NCBI GenBank assembly: GCA_044892525.1
Contig: CM097885.1
Location: 11,348,001-11,412,000 of the forward strand
Length of the DNA stretch: 64,000 nt
Reading direction: 5' to 3'
DNA from: Schmidtea polychroa
Taxonomy: Eukaryota
The notes beneath the pieces were generated by a model. It worked only from the letters and a program-made list of their open reading frames with translations, ran no database searches and was not told the DNA's origin. Positions 1-8,972 of the stretch are shown here, piece by piece (within the stretch, counting starts at the first letter, position 1; every line of letters starts with the position of its first letter). The position numbers and the translations under genes were made by a program.

Positions 1-1946
1 TTACGATGAAGGTAGCAAGCGTCTTTAGTTCATCCGACGGGCTTCTTGTGGCAACATACAGACGTAGTATGCGATTAGCCGTGGTTAACCATCTCGAATG
101 GTTGATAAGACCAGGATTGCGAAGTGAATGGTCGACAGGACAAATACCAACACTTACAGCAGTACACAAATCGAACAGGTATTTCTGATCTGTACTTAAA
201 TCGTCGGAATTTGCACTTGACGGTAGAACACAGTTTATCGGCATGTAGTCAACGATGGGAAGCTTCTCACAATTCAACAATGACTTTCCAATGGGACCAG
301 AAAATCCTTTTGGACCATTGGTAGGTCCATCGAGATACTGAAACAAATGTCTTAACGGTAATTCGTTTGCATGCAACTGACATACGAACCACTGTAGCGG
401 TCTGTGTAACGTCACTTCAAGTAATCGAATGATGCCTCCTCGAATGCCCGTATTAGTGGCTGTCCCATCACAACCTATTGCTTTTATGCCACTCGTGTCA
501 ACATTTCTTTTATTCAAATATGCAATCAACTCAGCCGTGATAACTTTGCTTGACCCTGCAGTTGGTGTAATGTGACCGAAATATGTAGCTCCTGGTTCGG
601 CTATAATCGATATATGTTCTTCAGTTATTATTTTCCGATGAAATTTACCATCGCATTCTTTAATTTGGGTCATTGTATTGTCTTTTCTGCCGTCAAAATA
701 TAACCCAGTGATTGTGTTACTGACTTCGGCACATAATGCGCCACGCTTATTACAACGTTCTCGACGCACTTTACTTCTGTCAATCACTTTAGAAACATCA
801 TGTTCGTGGATTATTCCAACATCTTGAAGAACAGCACTGGCGATTCCTGCTGCCGCCCTGTCGGATACGCCATGTCGATCACACGCTAAAGCCAACGACG
901 GTAGCTTAACTCTCATCTGCTTGTCATTCAATTTTCGCGGTTGTTTAATTTGGCTTATACAATCGTCATCAGAGTCATCATCGCCGGTATCCATTTCCTC
1001 TTCCATTCCAGAAATCTCGTCACAGACATCCGACTGTTTATCACCGATGTCATCAATGGCAGATTTGGTACACATCTGCCTCTGTGTCGACTCTTTACGG
1101 ATATACCGCTTTTGTAATATACTGGATTCAAACTCATCAACTCCAGCTATGATCATACAGCGTGAACCCCGCTGATCTTCTAGAAAGTCACGTTCAATTG
1201 TGGGTATCTTTCTTGACTTCTCACAGTGACACTGAGACATACAAGAGCACTTGCAGGAGCAAATGTCAAAGAGTTTAATCGATTCATCTTTAAACTGCGA
1301 TATTTTCTCTCTGTATGGTTCTGAGTCCTTCCTAGATTTATACGGCTTCAGCAATTTCATGAACGTCTTGTGGTACACGTTCAACATTTCATGAACACGG
1401 CGGTGGCTTACATGTGGTATGGAAGCTTTGTCCCATATTTGTTCTACTTTCATTGACACTGTTTCTGCCACGTTGCGATGTGAAGGATCTTTATTGGTCA
1501 ATTCGCATTTCAGTCTCTGCTTTGTCAGGTTGTAGAATTTCATAACATCTGCATAAGTCGGTAGTTGATTGTCGGGCATCTCGGATGGACCACCAAAGAT
1601 GACACAAGACACTTTCTTTCTGGTTACAGCCATTGCAACTCTAAAAAGGAAAACCAGAGGCATTTAAAATCCATAGTGTATGGGTGGCAAATATTTTGCT
1701 ATTAAAAGTAATGAAAATATTATTTAAATGCCATCAATGACTTCAATAATATGTCAATAATAGCAAATACATTATCGTTTTCTTATCAATGGTTACATTT
1801 TAAAGTTGGTTGTGGAACCTCAAGACATTATTTAAATTATTGTTTTTCTTTACAGAGTACTTCATTGGACCTCATAGCAAGTTTTTATAACTATCCAAAG
1901 TCTACTAAGTCAAAAAAATTTTTTCGGTCATTTTCACTCCACCCTA
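1..1946 (-). mobile_element. hATm-like DNA transposon inserted into the Polinton integrase gene
   Basis: The end reads TAGGGTGGAGTG on the minus strand at 1946, matching the TAGGGTG terminus I recall for hATm elements. It directly abuts the integrase chromodomain tail. Confidence 0.65.
2..1633 (-). CDS. hAT-superfamily (hATm-like) DNA transposase; runs off the window start
   Basis: Manual translation of most of the frame from ATG 1633: MAVTRKK...LFDICSCKC...FLEDQRG...LYFDGRKDNT...EEHISIIAEPG...CDGTATNTG...LQWFVCQLHANELPLRHLF...HSRWLTTANRILRLY. A splice-acceptor-like tract (ttttcctttttag) lies just upstream of the ATG. Confidence 0.8.
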   Translation of the reverse strand, partial: MAVTRKKVSCVIFGGPSEMPDNQLPTYADVMKFYNLTKQRLKCELTNKDPSHRNVAETVSMKVEQIWDKASIPHVSHRRVHEMLNVYHKTFMKLLKPYKSRKDSEPYREKISQFKDESIKLFDICSCKCSCMSQCHCEKSRKIPTIERDFLEDQRGSRCMIIAGVDEFESSILQKRYIRKESTQRQMCTKSAIDDIGDKQSDVCDEISGMEEEMDTGDDDSDDDCISQIKQPRKLNDKQMRVKLPSLALACDRHGVSDRAAAGIASAVLQDVGIIHEHDVSKVIDRSKVRRERCNKRGALCAEVSNTITGLYFDGRKDNTMTQIKECDGKFHRKIITEEHISIIAEPGATYFGHITPTAGSSKVITAELIAYLNKRNVDTSGIKAIGCDGTATNTGIRGGIIRLLEVTLHRPLQWFVCQLHANELPLRHLFQYLDGPTNGPKGFSGPIGKSLLNCEKLPIVDYMPINCVLPSSANSDDLSTDQKYLFDLCTAVSVGICPVDHSLRNPGLINHSRWLTTANRILRLYVATRSPSDELKTLATFIV

Positions 1947-2020
1947 ATAAACAATACTATGTCAAATGGCATGGTTATCAAAACCCGTCATGGATATCAG
2001 CAAAAGACCTAGTAAAGTGA
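1947..2020 (+). pseudogene. C-terminal chromodomain remnant of the Polinton integrase
   Basis: KQYYVKWHGYQNPSWISAKDLVK* fits the chromodomain pattern Y-VKW-GY...SW. It sits immediately upstream of the penton gene, the usual Polinton position. Confidence 0.75.
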
Positions 2021-3033
2021 ATTTTTATACTATTTTACCGAGCAATAGTTGCCCATTAATTCATCCAGACAATCAAGCCAGTAAATTTATGGTCAATCTC
2101 CAGAATCCGATTTCTTTAAATGGTGACTGGGAAGTTGCACTGCAAGATTTTACATTCGTGTACAACACATTCCCATTTTATAGTCAATGTAAGATTGATT
2201 TCAAAAGGAATATTGTGAAAACATGTAGCGGTATCTTTGTTATTAGTAATTATGATAAAACATATCATATTCCGAATCAAATATTAGATTCGCATTGCTA
2301 TATGTTTTACAAGGATGGATTAAATATCAGTTGTGATTTTAAACCATTTACAATAACATTCGAAACTATTGAAGATGCCAAACGAATGGGTTGCAAAAAG
2401 TTGAAAAATATTGTTACGGAGACCGAGTATTTATTACGTTTTAATCTATTTGAAGCAAACAGTGTAATGAAAGAAGAAATCAAAATATCTGTGTCGTATA
2501 ATGATGAAGTTGAAGAATCTTTTACCTTTGCTGATGAATTATATTTTGATAAACTTGATGATTTACTTAAATATTTAAAGTTCAATTGTTCACACATATT
2601 TAAAAATTTGGAAATTGTGAAAGATTTGATGTTTACCGTCAGTTTGAATGAGGATATTTGCGAAGTTACATTTGATAAAAATTTGGCAAATTCACTTGGA
2701 TTAGATAAGCAAAAATATCGAGAAAAATCGACTGGTATACGCAAACCAAGAATACTAGAACATCATCAACAAATGTTCATATATACTAACATTATCGAAC
2801 CCATAATTGTTGGTGATTCCAGTGTTCCTCTTTTGAAATCGGTATGGATTGGAAAATATGAACATGATGAAGTTGTCAATATAAATATCGATAATCCCAT
2901 GTATTTACCAATAGCAAGTTCATGTATAAACAATATAGAAATAAATATTCGTGATGATAGTGGAAAACTTATAAACTTTCCAAAAGGTTCAAAAACTCAT
3001 TTGACATTACATTTTCGTAAAATAAATGGCTAG
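1966..3033 (+). CDS. Polinton minor capsid protein (penton)
   Basis: N-terminal FYTILPSNS...NQASKFMVNLQNPISLNGDWEVAL and C-terminal FIYTNIIEPIIVGDSSVPLL...NIEINIRDDSGKLINF...LTLHFRK. The real start may be near 2017. Confidence 0.88.
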   Translation: MAWLSKPVMDISKRPSKVNFYTILPSNSCPLIHPDNQASKFMVNLQNPISLNGDWEVALQDFTFVYNTFPFYSQCKIDFKRNIVKTCSGIFVISNYDKTYHIPNQILDSHCYMFYKDGLNISCDFKPFTITFETIEDAKRMGCKKLKNIVTETEYLLRFNLFEANSVMKEEIKISVSYNDEVEESFTFADELYFDKLDDLLKYLKFNCSHIFKNLEIVKDLMFTVSLNEDICEVTFDKNLANSLGLDKQKYREKSTGIRKPRILEHHQQMFIYTNIIEPIIVGDSSVPLLKSVWIGKYEHDEVVNINIDNPMYLPIASSCINNIEINIRDDSGKLINFPKGSKTHLTLHFRKING

Positions 3034-3388
3034 TTCTGATATTATTAGTATGTATAGTGGTAGCCAATCTGGTGGCGAATTACCATATTTTATTGGTAAA
3101 CAGTACGGATCGGGATGGTTGAGAACAATTGGTAGATTTGCATTGCCTATTCTTAAACGTATTGGTAGTTTTGGTATGAAAACTGCAAAAGACGTTATTA
3201 TGAATGAACAGAAAATATTACCATCTCTAAAAACCAATGCTTTAGCTGAATTAGGGAAAGTTTTACCAGGGGTTCCAGGTATGTTTCAAAAAGAAAAATC
3301 TCCAGCTCCAGCTCCAAAACGTAAAAGACATGGAATATCACGTATAAACAAACGAATGAAAGGACATGGAACTATATTTGCAAAATGA
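3026..3388 (+). CDS. Polinton core protein (PW-like, basic)
   Basis: QSGG and QYGSG adenain-type sites, amphipathic WLRTIGRFALPILKRIG, basic C-terminus; located between penton and MCP. Confidence 0.8.
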   Translation: MASSDIISMYSGSQSGGELPYFIGKQYGSGWLRTIGRFALPILKRIGSFGMKTAKDVIMNEQKILPSLKTNALAELGKVLPGVPGMFQKEKSPAPAPKRKRHGISRINKRMKGHGTIFAK

Positions 3389-4608
3389 TTTGTGGTAAAT
3401 CTGAATTATGTATATTTGATAGACCGTCGCCCCAGGCTGTAATAGAATTTGGGGCATTTGAGGAAGTTTTTCCTATGAATTCAATTACCGATAGTAGAAA
3501 TGATATAGAGTTTTATATTAATGGTTCGCAAACTGAATATTTAGATTTGAACGATACTTTATTGACTGTTCAGATCAAGGTTGTAGATAAAGATAGAAAA
3601 GTTTTGGATGCCAATGCAGATGTAATACCGAACAATTTCATGTTTCATACTCTGTTTAAAGATGCAGTGGTGGGATTTAATAATATCAAGATTGAGGGTG
3701 GAAATAATACATTCATTCACAAGGCATTAATAGAAACTATTTTAAATTACAATTCCGATACTAAAAATACATGCCTTACTCCTATGGGTTATGCAGCAGC
3801 AGATGATGAAAGAAAAAAGTGGGTTAAAGGCTCAAAATCATTCACTATGTGCTCATCATTACAACTCGATTTTATGGATCAACCGAAATATTTGCTACCG
3901 GGAGTTAATGTACATATTAGATTGAAAAGGTCTGATTCTGCATTATCTCTTACTAGTGCAACTGGTGCACCAATATGTCAATTAGTTGATGCAAAATTAT
4001 TGGTGAGAAGAGTACGACTAGACCCCTCAGTATTAGCAGGTCATCAATTGGGTCTTAATTCAAAACATGCAATTTATCCATTAAAAACAAAGGAAATTGT
4101 ACAATTTGCTATTGCTAAAGGTGCTTCATTTTTCTATAAAGAACAAATATTTGGTGACCGAAGAATGCCTAATTTTATTCTGATAACATTTCAAAGTGAA
4201 GCACAATATAATGGATCATATACTGCGTCCAGCTCAATTTTCAAAAACTTTGGTGTTACATCATTGACTTTGTCGAAAAATACTGATTATAGAGAAACAT
4301 ATATTCAAGATTTCGAGAATGACAATTACTCTGCGACATATATGCAGAGTATTGTTAGAAATCTGGGTTATTTAGATAAAAATTTGAATTGCGGAATAAC
4401 TCTAGAAGATTTTAAAAGGAAATACCCATTTTTTACATTTGTTTTAGCCCCTGATTTTGATTTAAATCAAAGTCAATTACCTCAAAATGGAAATTTACGA
4501 CTGGATATAAAGTTTGCAAAAGCTATTACTGAACCAGTACATGTTATAATATATGGAGTATTTGAAAATGAAGTTCAAATTACTGCAAATAGAACAGTGT
4601 TGGTATAA
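3385..4608 (+). CDS. Polinton double jelly-roll major capsid protein
   Basis: Intact 407 aa ORF with the CGKSELCIFDRP start, YLDLNDTLL, QPKYLLPGVNVHIRLKRS and GNLRLDIKFAKA motifs. Confidence 0.9.
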   Translation: MICGKSELCIFDRPSPQAVIEFGAFEEVFPMNSITDSRNDIEFYINGSQTEYLDLNDTLLTVQIKVVDKDRKVLDANADVIPNNFMFHTLFKDAVVGFNNIKIEGGNNTFIHKALIETILNYNSDTKNTCLTPMGYAAADDERKKWVKGSKSFTMCSSLQLDFMDQPKYLLPGVNVHIRLKRSDSALSLTSATGAPICQLVDAKLLVRRVRLDPSVLAGHQLGLNSKHAIYPLKTKEIVQFAIAKGASFFYKEQIFGDRRMPNFILITFQSEAQYNGSYTASSSIFKNFGVTSLTLSKNTDYRETYIQDFENDNYSATYMQSIVRNLGYLDKNLNCGITLEDFKRKYPFFTFVLAPDFDLNQSQLPQNGNLRLDIKFAKAITEPVHVIIYGVFENEVQITANRTVLV

Positions 4609-5017
4609 ATGTATACAGAAACACCAAAAAGTTGTCATGGAGTAAGTTGTTTTTTATACTCTGGATTTATTTAAGTAGTTCTGTTCAGGTCAATAAAATC
4701 GGAAAACAGATATTGGGAAATGAATTTGTTGGAGTTTTTCCTCTTGATAAAATTCCATATTTGAGCAATAATCAAGCAATAATCGTCAATACTCAATCGT
4801 CTCATCTTGGTGGAGAACATTGGATAGCTATATATATGAAACCTGGTAATATATTCGTGTTCGATCCTATGGGTTTTTATTACCCGGCTTTGTTGATATC
4901 AAAACTACAATGGGAAAACCTATTGTGTATAATAAAACTATGTTTCAAAATCCTTTGACTCAAACATGTGGTCAACATTATTTAGCTTGGTTATTGTACA
5001 AAAAATTTGATGTTTAA
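4609..5017 (+). pseudogene. Adenain-like cysteine (maturation) protease; probable intron 4642-4688; frameshift near 4908
   Basis: FVGVFPLD, GEHWIAIY (catalytic His), VFDPMG, and in the shifted frame QNPLTQTCGQH (catalytic Cys). The ATG at 4609 abuts the MCP stop and joins in frame through a GTAAGT...TTCAG intron. Confidence 0.85.
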
Positions 5018-5045
5018 TAAATGTATCCTTTCCTTTGTTGTTGTG

Positions 5046-5126
<81 letters not shown>

Positions 5127-5501
5127 ATTATTTTGAAAAATATTATTATTTTGAAAAATATTATTATTTTTAATTAATTTTATTATTATTTACATAAATA
5201 TTATTAATTCTACATAAAGACCACCTTTGCCTGAAGCATGCACAGTGCAAGTTAACAAAGGCAGGACTAACAAAGACAGTCACATGTAATTTCTGAGTGA
5301 TTTACATTACATACATGCATGCGTGTGATTGGTTGAGTGAGTAAAATATTCAGTGTCTATGTGTGTGTGCCTAAACTCTCATTGGCTGGGACAGGAAAAT
5401 ATTCATTCTCTTTATAAACATTGACAAATCTCAAATTTGTCACAATTATTTTAAAATTTTTCAACAACAAACCATTTAAAATTTTTCAACAACAAACCAA
5501 A

Positions 5502-5996
5502 ATGTCAAACAACAATATTTTTCGAGGACTTTTGTCAACTGGTAAATTATTATTTTTATTATTATTCTATTTTTATTTATTTTTTATTTAGATTCTTTTG
5601 ACTGGTTAGAAGTAACCGAGGATGAGACGTTATTGAATGTGGATCGAATTTTTGGTAAATTTATTATTCTAATTTTTATGAAATTAATTTTGTTTTTTAG
5701 AACCGATTACAATTAGTGACGACGATGATGTCGTGTTTATTGGGCAAACTGATGCCCCTAATGTAAGAGAAAATGATGCTGAAAGTAAATTTATTTTATT
5801 TTTTGTATATTATTTTTAAAAAATCATTTAGAGTTTAATGTAGACTTGGATAATGGTGGAAATGCCCTCAGTTTAGAGGAGGTAGCAGAAATTGCCCTCA
5901 ATTTGGAGGTGGTAGCAGAAAATACCCTCAATTCGGAGGTGGTAGCAGAAAATGATAATGGCCTCTCTGAGGATGATTCCGATGAGGAACCTCAAT
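5502..5996 (+). CDS. Four small exons of a spliced acidic Polinton protein, possibly the 5' end of pPolB
   Basis: Exons 5502-5541, 5592-5654, 5701-5784 and 5832-5996 are separated by 50, 46 and 47 nt GT-AG introns, all phase 1, with an open frame throughout. TATAAA at about 5413 and ATTGG (CCAAT) boxes lie upstream. Confidence 0.7.
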
Positions 5997-6351
5997 GTAA
6001 GAATTGATTTATTATTTATATGTATATATATATATTTTTTTAAAAATTAAACAATTTTCGTAATCACTTTTTAAACATTTGCATACAAATTTTTGTAATG
6101 TTATTAAATGTTAATTAATTATGATGATAAGAAGAATATGATGAAAAATGATGATATGAAGAAAAATGAAGATATGAGGAATAAGATGATATGAAGAAAA
6201 TGATGAAAATGACGAAAATTATGAAATTATTATTAAGAAAATACTACGTTTCTGAAAAATAATGAAATTATTATACAATGTTAAAAAGTGATTACGAAAC
6301 TATAGTTATAAATATTCCTTGTAGTTTGCAATGTGCATCTACAATAGTTAA

Positions 6352-6433
<82 letters not shown>

Positions 6434-6466
6434 CAGCTACATATATCTCTAATAGTAATAATAATG

Positions 6467-6527
<61 letters not shown>

Positions 6528-6589
6528 TATTAATAATATTTTACATCATTTAATGTAGTCTGCAGTGCGCATGCAGCTACATATATCTC

Positions 6590-6630
<41 letters not shown>

Positions 6631-6764
6631 TTTGTTAATGATGAGATTCGTGTGGATCCTGATGACAGAACTTTTGAAAGAATTTTGTTAGAAATTTTAT
6701 ATTTTTATTGTGTAATAGTGTTGCAGTGGGCACGCAACATTATTTATCTGTTGATAGGATTTTT

Positions 6765-6852
<88 letters not shown>

Positions 6853-6944
6853 TTTTACATCATTTAATGTAGTCTGCAGTGAGCATGCAGCTACATATAT
6901 CTCTAATAATAATAATAATGATGATGATGATAATAATAATAATA
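6352..6944. repeat. (AAT)n microsatellite tracts with a repeated spacer
   Basis: Direct observation; atgcagctacatatatctct recurs three times. Confidence 0.95.
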
Positions 6945-7109
6945 ACCTTTTATTCTACATTATCTTATAATAATATACCAAATTTATTAATTGTTAATAA
7001 TTAATCCGTTTTATAATTATTATATAATAAAAACGGATTAACTACTAACAATTGGTAATAAATATTTAGAAAAATATTCAAATAATATTTAAGGATTTAT
7101 CATTATTAG

Positions 7110-8706
7110 GTAAATTATATCCACGATACTGCCAGGCTTCTGGACATTCAAAATCTTGTCATAAGACAATGAAAAAATATTATGGCCATAAATTCTATGG
7201 ACTCATATACTATTTATGTCCATCATGCCAGACTTCCCAACATATAAAATATACTGATTTTTAGAAAACCCATAGTAACCATCTTAATCAGTTTTTTATA
7301 AAGAAACTTACTCTCTTTAAACGGATAAATAAAAATGCAAATAAAAATGTAAATAATGATGCGATTAGCGCAGAACATAAAAATTTAAATAAAACTGTAA
7401 ATAAAAATGTAAATAAAACTGTAAATAAAACTGTAAATAATGATGCGATTAGCGCAGAACATAAAAATGTAAATAAAACTGTAAATAAAACTTTAAATAA
7501 TGATGCGATTAGCGCAGAACATAAAACTGTAAATAAAACTGTAAATAATGATGCGATTAGCGCAGAACATAAAACTGTAAATAAAACTGTAAATAATGAT
7601 GCGATTAGCGCAGAACATATAATTAAAACTGTAAATAATGATGCGATTAGCGCAGAACATATAATTAAAAATGTAAATAATAATCTAAATAAAAATGTAA
7701 ATAAAAATGTCAATAATAAACGGCCTGCTGTTATTCAAGACTCTTGTATACCATCTAAAGTTATTAAAGTTAATGGTGGTAATGAAATAAATATCCAAAT
7801 TAATAAGCAAATAGGTGGGTCAATACATGGTTCAGTCGATATAGATGACGAACCAGAAATAGAAATAGATTTTAAGGGGGCTAGAAAAAATCTAAGGTTT
7901 GACGTTGAGAAAAACGACTTAGTTCAAATATCGTTAACATCGAAAATTATAGAAAAGTTAATAGCCGAAATAAAAGGAATGGGGCCGGTTAAAATACAGT
8001 TCACTGTTCTCATACAATTTGAGAAAGATGGCGAAATCCGAGATAATTTTTTCTCCAATAACGCCGAAGTTTTTTCCGATAATTTTCTATTAGAGGGCAT
8101 CACTAAGTTAAATAATAAAATTGAAAAATTCACCTATTTAGGAAGCGGATGGCGGGTTGTTAGGATAAAAGAAATAGATTTTATAATAAATAAATATAAA
8201 TGTATAAATAGATTAGCTGGACATAGTTACATCCCCACCCCAGCGGCTTTAAATTCTAAAAAAGCAATTGTAAATATACAGAACACAGATGATATGTGTT
8301 TCATCTATAGTATTCTAGCCCTCTTAAAGCGTGATATTATACACCGCAATAGGCACCGTGTTACTGCTTATGAGAGTTATTTAAACGAGATCAATTTCGA
8401 CCCTATTAGTGATTGCCCGATGAAATTATGTGACATACCCAAATTTGAACGCAAAAACAGTGAACTGAACTTGGCTATTAACGTTTTAACTTATAGGAAT
8501 AAACCAGCTAAGCCTATTGAACATCAAGATATAGATTATATTCCCCATCACCCACATCTAGATATTATTCACCGCTCTAAGGTTATAGGTGGTGAACCCA
8601 TATATTTATTATTATTAGAAGACGGTAGTAATTTTCATTACACCGCAGTTTTTGATCTGCAAAAACTTATGAATTGTCATCCTAATAATTCCTGTGATAT
8701 ACAAAT
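7110..8706 (+). pseudogene. N-terminal region of Polinton protein-primed DNA polymerase B, truncated
   Basis: Frame open from 7265 through N/K-rich repeats, QIGG, GSGWRVVRI, SYIPTP..L.SKKAIVNIQNTDDMCFIYSILA, PMKLCDIPKFE and LLLLED..HY. A Cys/His-rich exon from 7110 is offset by a frameshift at about 7260. No polymerase core follows. Confidence 0.8.
7326..7712 (+). repeat. Coding tandem repeat (NKTV / NNDAISAEH units)
   Basis: Repeated aataatgatgcgattagcgcagaacat and aataaaactgta units, in frame with pPolB. Confidence 0.9.
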
Positions 8707-8972
8707 TTGGAAAAGTACTACCGACGTGATTGAAAGTCGGAGGAAAGTTATTGAAAGTCAGTGGAAAAAATTTTATAGAAAAAATAGTACCGACGTGATC
8801 GCAAGTCGGCGGAGAATTATTGAAAGCTCGTGAAAAAGAAATTATTAAAAAAAAAATTAGTACCGACGTGAGAGAGAGTCGGCTGAGAATCATTGAAAGT
8901 ATTGAAAATTTGTGAAAATAGTGCTAACGAGATTATTAAAGGCTATTATTGGGAGATTTAAAAGAACTCAAA

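Larger units (their letters stand above)
1947..8706 (+). mobile_element. Polinton/Maverick (adintovirus-like) segment 1: morphogenetic module plus 5' pPolB
   Basis: Tightly packed or overlapping penton, core protein, MCP and protease genes, followed by the pPolB N-terminal region. Truncated by the hAT on the left and the Gypsy sequence on the right. Confidence 0.9.

Noticed and set aside
6278..6867. Poly-Ile ORFs here, and poly-Ile/Asn/Tyr ORFs at 44847, 51658, 52228, 53597-54814 and 58702
   Set aside because: These are translations of (ATT/AAT)n microsatellites, not proteins.
7288..7713. Hydrophobic repeat ORF on the minus strand resembling a membrane protein
   Set aside because: It is the antisense shadow of the N/K-rich repeat that is in frame with pPolB on the plus strand.
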